DNA of 64,000 bases from Thermoflexales bacterium. Lineage in GTDB: Bacteria; Chloroflexota; Anaerolineae; J036; Brachytrichaceae. Position 1 is the stretch's first letter, and every line of letters begins with the position of its first letter. The stretch lies in NCBI GenBank assembly GCA_035433205.1, contig DAORUN010000003.1, forward strand, positions 4,574 through 68,573, read 5' to 3'. Made by a program: the position numbers and the translations under genes. The notes beneath the pieces are model-generated. The model saw nothing but the letters and a program-made list of their open reading frames with translations. It did no database searches and was not told where the DNA came from. This document shows positions 43,873-51,898 of this stretch, piece by piece.

Positions 43873-45219
43873 TTAACTCAACATCACGCCCGGATTCTCA
43901 ATCGCCTTGCGCAGGTCCTTCATAAACAGCGCGGCCACTGCGCCATCAATCACGCGGTGATCAGCGCTCAGACGCAAGGTGGCGATGGGGCGCGCGACCG
44001 GCTTGCCCTCTGCATCTGGCACAAACTTTTGCGCGGCCCGGCCCACCGCCAAAATGGCGCACTCTGGCGGGTTGATGATGGCGGTGAAGCGGTCAATCTC
44101 GTGCATCCCCAAATTGGAGATGGTGAACGTGCCGCCGCTTAACTCATCCATCTTGAGTTTGTTTTGCTTGGCCCGCGCGCCCAAATCTGCAATTTCGGCC
44201 GCGAGCTTTCGCAACCCTTTGTTCGGCGCGTCTTTAATCACCGGCACAATCAGGCCATCCTCCAGCGCCACCGCCATACCGATATTGATCGCCCGCATAA
44301 GCAAAATGCGGTTGTTGTCCACATCCAGCTGGCTGTTAATCCGAGGATGCCGGCCCAGCGCCCACGCACATGCTTTCACCAAAAGCGCGGTCACGCTCAC
44401 CTTTGGTTCGTCCTTCGCCGCGCTTTTATTCAGTTCCGCCCGTAGCGTTTCCAGCGCGCTCATATCCACATCCGCGTCAAACGTGACATGCGGCGCGTCT
44501 TGGGCGCTTTTTTGCAGCCGCGCGGCAATTGTGCGGCGCATGGCGTTCATGGGCAAAGCCGTAAACGCATCTTCTGTTTGGGCCGATGGCTTTTGCGCCG
44601 GGGCTGCCGCCTGTTTTGCAGATGAAGCCGCGGCGAGCACATCGCCTGCCTGAACACGGCCATGTGGCCCGCTGCCAGCCACATCACCCAGCCCAATGTT
44701 TTCCTCGCGGGCAACCCGCCGCGCGGCGGGTGTGGCGCGTTCGCGCGGGTCTGGCAGGGCGGGGGAGGGTTGCGAGTTGGCGAAATTCTCCACGTCCTCG
44801 CGTGTGATGCGCCCGCCCGCGCCGCTGCCACGCACTTTTTGCAAATCCACGCCCAAATCTTGTGCGGCGCGTTGGGCCACGGGCGTTGCCATCAGCACAG
44901 CGGCCAGCGGGGCAGGGGATGGAGTTTCGGCAGAGGCAGCTTGTGGCGCGGGAGATGGAACCGCGCCTGTTGGGGCCGCCTCGCCGGGTTTAAGAATCCA
45001 GGCGATGATTTGCGTCACCGGAATCACATCGCCTTCCCTGGCCGAGATTGCGCTCAGCGTTCCGCTGGCTGGCGCTTCAATCTCCATGTTGATTTTGTCG
45101 GTTGTGACCTCGGCAATTGGGTCGCCTTCTTTTACCGCCTCGCCCTCTTGCTTGATCCAGCGCACAAGCTCGCCGCTTTCTTGCGTAAAGCCGAACTTGG
45201 GCATGATGACTTCTTTCAT
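43873..45219 (-). CDS. Dihydrolipoamide acyltransferase (E2) of a 2-oxoacid/acetoin dehydrogenase complex
   Basis: Lipoyl domain (EVTTDKINMEIEAP), Ala/Pro linkers, a peripheral-subunit-binding domain (GSGAGGRITREDV) and the catalytic DHRVIDGA. Trimmed to the ATG at 45219, directly after the E1beta stop. Confidence 0.85.
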   Translation of the reverse strand: MKEVIMPKFGFTQESGELVRWIKQEGEAVKEGDPIAEVTTDKINMEIEAPASGTLSAISAREGDVIPVTQIIAWILKPGEAAPTGAVPSPAPQAASAETPSPAPLAAVLMATPVAQRAAQDLGVDLQKVRGSGAGGRITREDVENFANSQPSPALPDPRERATPAARRVAREENIGLGDVAGSGPHGRVQAGDVLAAASSAKQAAAPAQKPSAQTEDAFTALPMNAMRRTIAARLQKSAQDAPHVTFDADVDMSALETLRAELNKSAAKDEPKVSVTALLVKACAWALGRHPRINSQLDVDNNRILLMRAINIGMAVALEDGLIVPVIKDAPNKGLRKLAAEIADLGARAKQNKLKMDELSGGTFTISNLGMHEIDRFTAIINPPECAILAVGRAAQKFVPDAEGKPVARPIATLRLSADHRVIDGAVAALFMKDLRKAIENPGVMLS

Positions 45220-45220
45220 C

Positions 45221-46207
45221 CTAGTAGGCCCCCTGCGCAAGCTTGCGCGCCTCGCGCACAATGTCATCTACCTGAGGCACAGCCGCGCGTTCCAGGTTGC
45301 GGTTGTATGGAATCGGCACATCCAACCCGGTCAGGCGGCGGATGGGCGCATCCAAATAATCAAACGCCTCGCTAGATGCGATTCGGGCGGCCAGTTCGCC
45401 GCCATATCCACCCGTGCCAACAGCCTCGTGCACAATCAACACACGCCCGGTTTTCTTCACACTTTCAAAGATGGGTTTTTCATCCAGCGGGTTAAGCGTG
45501 CGCGGGTCAACCACCTCAAGCTCAATCCCTTCGGCCTTTAGTTTTTCTGCCGCCTCCAGCGAGCGCCCCACCATGATGCTGGTGGCGATGACCGTGACAT
45601 GCTTGCCTTCTCGCGCAATTTTGGTCTGGCTCAGCGGCACGCGATACATTTCTTCTGGCACGGGGCCTTTGGTTTTGTAAAGCAGCTTGTGCTCAATAAA
45701 AATCACCGGGTTGGGGTCATCCAGCGCGGCCAGCAAAAGGCCCTTCGCGTCATACGGGTTGCTGGGCATCACCACTTTTAACCCAGGCACATGCACAAAC
45801 CAATTCTCAAGGCTCTCGCTGTGCTGGGCCGCCGCGCCGGTGCCGCTGCCGCCGGGCATACGCAAAACCATCGGCACGGTGGCGTTGCCGCCAAACATAT
45901 ACCGAATCTTTGCGGCCTGCAAAACCAACTGTTCCATGCTCAGCGTCACAAAATCCATAAACTGAATCTCGCCAATGGGCCGCATTCCTGCCAGAGATGC
46001 GCCAATGACCGCGCCGGTGATGGCCGCCTCGCTGATGGGCGTATCAATCACGCGCTCCTCGCCAAACTCGTTCACCAAACCAGCGGTTACGCCAAACGCG
46101 CCGCCATAAATGCCGATATCTTCGCCAATCAAAAACACGCGCGGGTCGTTGCTCATGGCCTGGCGCATGGCCTCGCGCAAAGCTTCGCCGTAAGTAATCT
46201 CACGCAT
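45221..46207 (-). CDS. 2-oxoacid dehydrogenase E1 component beta subunit
   Basis: [32 protein letters not shown] is a typical E1beta N-terminus. Its ATG overlaps the E1alpha stop (ATGCGTGA). Confidence 0.9.
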   Translation of the reverse strand: MREITYGEALREAMRQAMSNDPRVFLIGEDIGIYGGAFGVTAGLVNEFGEERVIDTPISEAAITGAVIGASLAGMRPIGEIQFMDFVTLSMEQLVLQAAKIRYMFGGNATVPMVLRMPGGSGTGAAAQHSESLENWFVHVPGLKVVMPSNPYDAKGLLLAALDDPNPVIFIEHKLLYKTKGPVPEEMYRVPLSQTKIAREGKHVTVIATSIMVGRSLEAAEKLKAEGIELEVVDPRTLNPLDEKPIFESVKKTGRVLIVHEAVGTGGYGGELAARIASSEAFDYLDAPIRRLTGLDVPIPYNRNLERAAVPQVDDIVREARKLAQGAY

Positions 46208-47138
46208 ACACACCCTCCATCACATCTTTAACATCCGGCTCAGGGCTTGCTTCCGCGAAGGCCACTGCGGCATCAATTCGTTTGTTGGCTTCGGCGCGGG
46301 CTTCTTCAACCTGCGCATCACTCCACCCCAATTCCTTTGCGTAGCGGGGGATGGGGTCACGACCCTGCCACTCGGCCAGCTCCTCGCGCGTCCGGTAAAG
46401 CTGGCGGTCGCTCTTGCTGTGCCCGCGCCAGCGATAAGTTTGGCATTCCACCAGCACCGGCCCACGCCCGGCGCGGCAATCGGCTGCCGCCTCGGCAATG
46501 GCGTCATACACGGCGGCGACCTCGTTGCCATCTACCGTAATACCGCGCACGTTATACGCCACCGCGCGGTCGCTAATTCTTGCCACGTTGGCAGACTTTT
46601 TAATCGCCATGCTCATGGCGTATTGATTGTTCTCGCATACATAGATGATGGGCAGCTTCCAAATGCTCGCCATGTTCATGGATTCGTGGAACGCGCCTTC
46701 GTTCGAGGCCCCATCACCAAAAATAACCGCGCACACCTGGTCTGTTTTGCGCAGCTTGATGCTGAGGCCAACACCCACCGCCAGCGGCAACCCGCCGCCC
46801 ACGATGCCGTTTGCGCCCAGGTTGTTTGTGGCTACGTTGGCAATGTGCATGCTGCCGCCGCGCCCGCGGCAATAGCCCGCCTCGCGGCCCATGAACTCGG
46901 CCATCATCAGGTTTACATCGCTGCCTTGCCAGGCAAGACAATGCCCGTGACCACGATGGGTATTGAGCAGATAGTCGCCCTCGCGCAAGGCGTTGGAAAC
47001 ACCAACCGCGGTGGCTTCTTGCCCAATGCTCAGGTGCATCGTGCCGTGCACTTTGCCCAGAGCAAACAGCTCTTCTGCGCGTTGTTCAAATGCGCGGATG
47101 AGCATCATCGTGCGCAAATAACTTTCTTTTAGCTCCAT
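46200..47138 (-). CDS. 2-oxoacid dehydrogenase E1 component alpha subunit (TPP-dependent)
   Basis: [35 protein letters not shown] is the TPP-binding block. 312 aa. Confidence 0.9.
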   Translation of the reverse strand: MELKESYLRTMMLIRAFEQRAEELFALGKVHGTMHLSIGQEATAVGVSNALREGDYLLNTHRGHGHCLAWQGSDVNLMMAEFMGREAGYCRGRGGSMHIANVATNNLGANGIVGGGLPLAVGVGLSIKLRKTDQVCAVIFGDGASNEGAFHESMNMASIWKLPIIYVCENNQYAMSMAIKKSANVARISDRAVAYNVRGITVDGNEVAAVYDAIAEAAADCRAGRGPVLVECQTYRWRGHSKSDRQLYRTREELAEWQGRDPIPRYAKELGWSDAQVEEARAEANKRIDAAVAFAEASPEPDVKDVMEGVYA

Positions 47139-47142
47139 GTCT

Positions 47143-48135
47143 TTATTTCTTTCCTATCATTCCCAAAACAGAAGATGCGGCGATTTCGTCGGTGACCAGC
47201 GCATTGATGATCTTGCCGCGCAAGGCCGCGTTGATGATGGCGGTTTTGGCCGGGCCGCCCGCCACGCCCAATCTCAAAGGCGCTTTTTTAATGCTGTCAA
47301 TGTCTATGCCAATGGTTCGATGGACCAATTCGCTTTCCACCAGCTTGCCTTTGTGGTCAATGTGTAATCCGCAAATATCGCCCACCGCCCCGCGCTTTAC
47401 CAATTGGTTCATTTGCGTTTTTGTGATGAAGCCTTCCAAAAGCAGCGATGAATATTCCGAGTCCACGCTGCCCATGCCCAAAATGAGCAAATCTGCCTTG
47501 CGGGCCAGCAGCATGTTTTGGCGAATGTGGCGGTCACTTAGCAGAGCAGCTTGCGCTTGCGGGCTTTCCACCACCAGCGGGGCAGGCAAAATTTCGTATT
47601 CGCCCGCAAAGGCGCGGGCCATGCGGCGGGCAATTTCTGGCCCATCATTCTCGTGATGACTTGCGCCCAGCGAGCCAATAAGTTGCAAAACCTTTACGCC
47701 TTTTTTTGGCGATGGCCGCAGAGATGACACCGTTTCTGCCAGCGTCACACCCCACGAAACGCCTACGATCATCTCGTCTTTAACCAGTTCGTCAATAAGA
47801 CTTGCGGCCACAATGCCCAAGCGATGCAAAATCTCGGCATAAAGCGGGGAGTTGTGCGCCAGCACGCGCACATGCGCAAGGTTGAAGGCGCTCTTGAGTT
47901 CGCTTTCCAAATCCAGCCTGCGCTGAATTGGGTGATTGATCCGCACTTCAACAATCCCGCGTTCGCGCGCTTCTGTGAGCAGCCGGGAAATCATGGATCG
48001 CGAATACCCCATGCGTGTGGCGATTTCGCTCTGGCCCAATTGAGTTTCGTAATACATTTCAGCAACGCGCGCAAGACGCTCGTGCTGTTCCAAAGTCAGC
48101 CCGTTTCCATTTTGCGAGTGATTCGCCGAGTTCAT
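47143..48135 (-). CDS. SorC/DeoR-type sugar-binding transcriptional regulator
   Basis: An HTH ([44 protein letters not shown]) plus a sugar-phosphate-binding C-terminal domain. The tracked start is TTG and the ATG at 48135 was used. Confidence 0.8.
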   Translation of the reverse strand: MNSANHSQNGNGLTLEQHERLARVAEMYYETQLGQSEIATRMGYSRSMISRLLTEARERGIVEVRINHPIQRRLDLESELKSAFNLAHVRVLAHNSPLYAEILHRLGIVAASLIDELVKDEMIVGVSWGVTLAETVSSLRPSPKKGVKVLQLIGSLGASHHENDGPEIARRMARAFAGEYEILPAPLVVESPQAQAALLSDRHIRQNMLLARKADLLILGMGSVDSEYSSLLLEGFITKTQMNQLVKRGAVGDICGLHIDHKGKLVESELVHRTIGIDIDSIKKAPLRLGVAGGPAKTAIINAALRGKIINALVTDEIAASSVLGMIGKK

Positions 48136-48185
48136 GGGGCGGGAATATAACCCCGAAAACACATTGATGCACAAAATTGAAAAAG

Positions 48186-48201
48186 ATTCACCAATGTGAA
48201 T
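48186..48201. promoter_or_regulatory. Palindrome ATTCAC-caat-GTGAAT in the AT-rich divergent region upstream of the SorC-type regulator gene (possible operator)
   Basis: Inverted repeat, followed by a further TGTGAAA half-site at about 48208. This is the most AT-rich stretch in the window. Confidence 0.25.
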
Positions 48202-48293
48202 TTATGTGTGAAATTTTTAACAATTAAAAATTAATGCCGTGACGGGTTGTGCTTTGTCAGGTGTTTGGGTTTGCGCGTGTTACGATTCCAGTG

Positions 48294-48992
48294 ATGACAC
48301 CCGCGCAAAAACCGCGCATTGGCACACTTGGCGAACGCTCGCTTCATGCTGCTCTCAAACGGCATTTGGCAAAACCGGGCGATGATGTGGAATACCCGCT
48401 GGATGGCTATGTGATTGACATCCGGCGCGGGGACAAACTTATTGAGGTGCAAACCACTGGGTTTTCATCGGTGCGCCGCAAATACCGCGATCTTGTTACG
48501 CGCCACCGCATGCACGTCATCCATCCCATCGCCATTGAGAAGCATATTATTTGGCTGGATGAAGATGGCGCGATTGAGCGCAAGAGCAAAAGCACAGCCA
48601 AACGCAGCGCGGCCAATATCTTTGATGCGCTCACGGGCTGCCCAGAGATTATTTGCTCGCCAAACTTTACGCTGGAGGTGTTGCTGGTGCGAGAAGAAGA
48701 AGTGCGCCAACGGGTTGTGCCGCGCCAGCGCCGCCGCTGGAACCGCGATTGGAAGCCCGTGGATCACCGGCTGATAGAAATTGTGGAACGCCGCGCCTTT
48801 CGCGCGCCGGGCGACTTGCTCTCGCTTTTGCCGGATGGGTTGCCGGATCAATTCACCAACGCCGACTTGGTGAAGCTCGGAAAAATTTCGCGCCACCTGG
48901 CTCAGCGGGTCACGTATTGCCTGCGCAATTGCGGCGCCATCAGCGTGGCGGGCAAAAAGGGCAAGGCGGTTTTGTATGAGAGCAAACGCTGA
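48294..48992 (+). CDS. Hypothetical protein, possible PD-(D/E)XK nuclease-like fold
   Basis: MTPAQKPRIGTLGERSLHAALKRHL...GYVIDIRRGDKLIEVQTT is a D...E-x-Q/K-like spacing reminiscent of CoiA/restriction-endonuclease-like cores. The C-terminal half is basic. The assignment is weak. Confidence 0.4.
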   Translation: MTPAQKPRIGTLGERSLHAALKRHLAKPGDDVEYPLDGYVIDIRRGDKLIEVQTTGFSSVRRKYRDLVTRHRMHVIHPIAIEKHIIWLDEDGAIERKSKSTAKRSAANIFDALTGCPEIICSPNFTLEVLLVREEEVRQRVVPRQRRRWNRDWKPVDHRLIEIVERRAFRAPGDLLSLLPDGLPDQFTNADLVKLGKISRHLAQRVTYCLRNCGAISVAGKKGKAVLYESKR

Positions 48993-48996
48993 CTTC

Positions 48997-49617
48997 TCAG
49001 GCGGCCGCGCGGAGATTTTTGGCGACTGTTTCTGGATGCGCCGCCTTGGTCAAAGTGGAGCCAATCACAATCACGCGCGGCGCATATGGGCGCAACTCGG
49101 CAATATTCTCTTGCGTAACGCCGCCCGCGATTGAAAGCGGCGCATGAGAAATGCCCGCCAATTGGCGCAAAAGCGGGTGGGGCAAGGGGCGCGGGGTCAC
49201 GTCCTCATCCGCATGAATCCCCAACACATCTGCGCCAAATGCCGTGAGTTCGCCAGCGCGGCGCACCTTGTCCTCCACGCCAACCACATCGGCCACAACA
49301 CATTTTCCGCGGGCGTGGGCGGCCGCAATCACCGCGTGAATGGTGGCATCGCCCGCGCAACCCAGCACGGTGATGAAATCTGCGCCCGCATCCAGCGCCA
49401 GCTCCGCCTCATAACGCCCCGCGTCAAATGTTTTCATATCGGCCAGCAAAATCTTGTCTGGGCCGATGGCCTCGCGCAGGGCGCGAACAGCGGCCATCCC
49501 TTCGTGTTTGATGAGAGCCGTGCCCGCCTCAACCACATCCACAAACGGGGCGATGCGTTTGGCAAACGCCACCGCTTCTGGCAGCGTAAACGTGTCTAGG
49601 GCGACTTGGAGAAGCAT
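48997..49617 (-). CDS. 3-hexulose-6-phosphate synthase / 3-keto-L-gulonate-6-P decarboxylase family (OMPdecase superfamily)
   Basis: Trimmed to the ATG at 49617. MLLQVALD...VDVVEAGTALI...LADMKTFDAG...GADFITVLG...IAGGV...VIVIGSTLT follows the HPS/KGPDC pattern. 206 aa. Confidence 0.75.
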   Translation of the reverse strand: MLLQVALDTFTLPEAVAFAKRIAPFVDVVEAGTALIKHEGMAAVRALREAIGPDKILLADMKTFDAGRYEAELALDAGADFITVLGCAGDATIHAVIAAAHARGKCVVADVVGVEDKVRRAGELTAFGADVLGIHADEDVTPRPLPHPLLRQLAGISHAPLSIAGGVTQENIAELRPYAPRVIVIGSTLTKAAHPETVAKNLRAAA

Positions 49618-49624
49618 GGCTGGT

Positions 49625-49684
49625 GGACGATAGACCATGGACGATGGACGATTAAAGGCCGCATATCGTCCATCGTCCATCGTC
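49625..49684. repeat. GGACGAT-type hairpin (16-bp stem)
   Basis: ATGGACGATGGACGAT (49637-49652) is complementary to ATCGTCCATCGTCCAT (49665-49680), followed by TTTTT. It lies between the GS-like and HPS genes. Confidence 0.8.
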
Positions 49685-49687
49685 TTT

Positions 49688-51094
49688 TTAGTATCTCCAC
49701 AAGTGCGCGTTTTGCTCGGCGAGGAAAGACATATCCTTGAACGTGGCGGCTTCTTTGCGCTTGATGGCAAGATAAGTCTCGACCATTTGTTCACCCATCG
49801 CCTGAGACAAAACCGGATCGGCGGCCAGCGCGTCACACGCTTCGCTCAATGTGGCGGGCAACGGCGCAATGTTCCGCGCGGCGCGTGTCTCTTCGTCCAT
49901 TTGGCTGGGCGATACGCTGAGCGCGGTGGTGTGCGACTGGTGGGTCTGAATGCCATCCAACCCGGCCGCCAAAACAGACCCCAGCATGAGATACGGATTT
50001 GCGCTGGCATCGGCCAGCCGGTATTCCAAATTGGCGCTGGTTTTTGCGCTAGACCACGATTGCGGGGTGATGCTGATGGGCACATCGCGGTTGTCGTATC
50101 CCCACGCGCCAAACGGCGCTGGCCCGGCGTTCCCGGTCAACCGGCGTTGCGAGTTGGCCGAGGGACACGACACGGCGGCGAGCGCGTTGATGTGGCGCAT
50201 GAGGCCGCCAATGAAGCCCATGCCATCCTCATACAGCCGCAGCGTTTCATCCTCGTGATGCGAATCGGTGAACATCACATTGCGCCCATTGCGATCCCAC
50301 AAACTGATGTGCGCGTGCAAGCTGCTGCCCGGCTGATTCTCAAATGGCCGAGCCATAAAAGTGGAATACCAGCCATGCGTCCATGCCACCGCGCGGATGG
50401 CCTCGCGGGCCAGCACAACCTGGTCGCAGGCGGTGAGGGGATCCGTGACGCGCAGAGTAATTTCCTGCTGGCCGCCGCCCATTTCGGGGTGGTAATGCTC
50501 CACCGCAATCCGCTGGTCGTCCAGCGTGCCAATAATTTCGTTGATGACTTTTGCGGCGACCGTCATGCCCATCCCGGTGGCATAGCCGCTTTCGTCCACG
50601 GGCACAAACCCGCCATCCGAGCCGCGCACCGCAAAATAAAACTCCAACTCAAAACCCACCTGCGCCTTGTATCCAGAATCGGCCAGGTCGGCCATCATGC
50701 GTTTGAGGAAGGAGCGGGCGCACAGCGGCGAGGCCTGGGTGTCCATGTCCACCACGTCGGCCATCATTGCGCCAGTGTTTGGCGCGTAAGTCGCTACTCG
50801 GAAGGTGTTGAGATCGGGCAACATGCGGGCGCGCCCGGTGAGGTTGGGCATGGCTTGCTGGTCATTCACCGTCAGCCCCAGCGAGTGCAGCGGGATGCTG
50901 GCGCCATCAATCGCGGTGCGGCGCAGCGCATCCAAATGAATGGCCCGCCCGCGCACGATATTGGCGAGGTCTGTCCACAAACAACGCACCAGCCGCACGC
51001 CGGCATCGCGCGCCTCGCGCATCACGTAATCGGATGATGCGGATTTGTTCCGCAAAAAGTCGGACGAGCCGGGTGATGGTGTTTCTTCTCGCAT
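49688..51094 (-). CDS. Glutamine synthetase family protein (type-I-like gamma-glutamyl ligase; substrate unassigned)
   Basis: GFELEFYF, HPEMGGGQQEI, GSSLHAHISLW and NLEYRLADASANPYL blocks. Trimmed to the ATG at 51094. Confidence 0.75.
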   Translation of the reverse strand: MREETPSPGSSDFLRNKSASSDYVMREARDAGVRLVRCLWTDLANIVRGRAIHLDALRRTAIDGASIPLHSLGLTVNDQQAMPNLTGRARMLPDLNTFRVATYAPNTGAMMADVVDMDTQASPLCARSFLKRMMADLADSGYKAQVGFELEFYFAVRGSDGGFVPVDESGYATGMGMTVAAKVINEIIGTLDDQRIAVEHYHPEMGGGQQEITLRVTDPLTACDQVVLAREAIRAVAWTHGWYSTFMARPFENQPGSSLHAHISLWDRNGRNVMFTDSHHEDETLRLYEDGMGFIGGLMRHINALAAVSCPSANSQRRLTGNAGPAPFGAWGYDNRDVPISITPQSWSSAKTSANLEYRLADASANPYLMLGSVLAAGLDGIQTHQSHTTALSVSPSQMDEETRAARNIAPLPATLSEACDALAADPVLSQAMGEQMVETYLAIKRKEAATFKDMSFLAEQNAHLWRY

Positions 51095-51195
51095 GGTATT
51101 TGTTTTCAAGGGGCAGGCCGTCCTAATCAGCCAGACCCTTCGCATTGGTCATCATTCTATAACCAAGTAATTGAATTGTGTAAGAATATGAAGCA

Positions 51196-51876
51196 ATGAT
51201 TACGCGCAAGGGCATAACTCAGCATTTTTCGGCGGATGGGTTTGTGCAAGGCGATGAACGCTGGCAAGTGGCGCGGTTTGCAAACGGCGTGGTGCGTCTG
51301 GATGCGGAGGTGACCCGCATTGCGCCATTCCCAGAACCGCGCCAGGAGTCGTTTAGTCTCACCTTGGCGGTCCGGGCGTGTCCCAACAAGTTGGGCGAAC
51401 CGCCCGGACCGCTATTCAGGGCGCTGGTTCCCGGCCAGCGCGAGGCGCGGATGAGCGTGGTGGACAACCGCGCCATGTTTTGCTGGCAACACGGCCACGA
51501 AACGCATCGCGCAGAAAAAGCGTGGGGTGATGAAAACGAGATTGATTACAACTCGCCGCTGTTTATGACCGCCTTGATTTGGCAGAGCGCCCTCGCGCCC
51601 GGACAAACCCGCGCGTATACCCGCGCCCAACTGGATGCGCTCACATTTGAGCCGCATTTTGCCCTGCAAACCCTGGCGCGGCTGGAGGACGAAGATCATG
51701 AGACACGTTTTGGCATAATGCGGCTGGCGCATTACGTGCAAACTCCTGCAACCTCTCAGCCCCATCCCCAAAAAGAAAGCGCGCATTTTTGGTGTGATGA
51801 GGATGGCATTGTGTTTGACTTGATTTCGCATAATGGCGCGAGGCAAGTGTTAACCGCGGTAAGTTTCCCCGAATGA
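51196..51876 (+). CDS. Hypothetical protein
   Basis: 226-aa ORF with coding-like composition. It lies 22 nt upstream of the ABC permease gene. I recognise no motif and no Walker A. Confidence 0.4.
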   Translation: MITRKGITQHFSADGFVQGDERWQVARFANGVVRLDAEVTRIAPFPEPRQESFSLTLAVRACPNKLGEPPGPLFRALVPGQREARMSVVDNRAMFCWQHGHETHRAEKAWGDENEIDYNSPLFMTALIWQSALAPGQTRAYTRAQLDALTFEPHFALQTLARLEDEDHETRFGIMRLAHYVQTPATSQPHPQKESAHFWCDEDGIVFDLISHNGARQVLTAVSFPE

Positions 51877-51898
51877 GCGCGACGTTGGGTAGCGCATA

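Noticed and set aside
14777-49836. Long N-terminal extensions in tracked ORFs: lysC to 16279, GT-C to 26472, HPS to 49836, GS-like to 51145, SsnA-like to 31272
   Set aside because: The extensions are encoded by repeat hairpins or overlap divergent genes, and they precede well-defined family N-termini. Internal ATGs were used instead.
49637-51037. 466-aa plus-strand ORF opposite the GS-like gene
   Set aside because: It is an antisense shadow (Arg/His/Gly-rich). The minus-strand frame carries all the glutamine-synthetase blocks.
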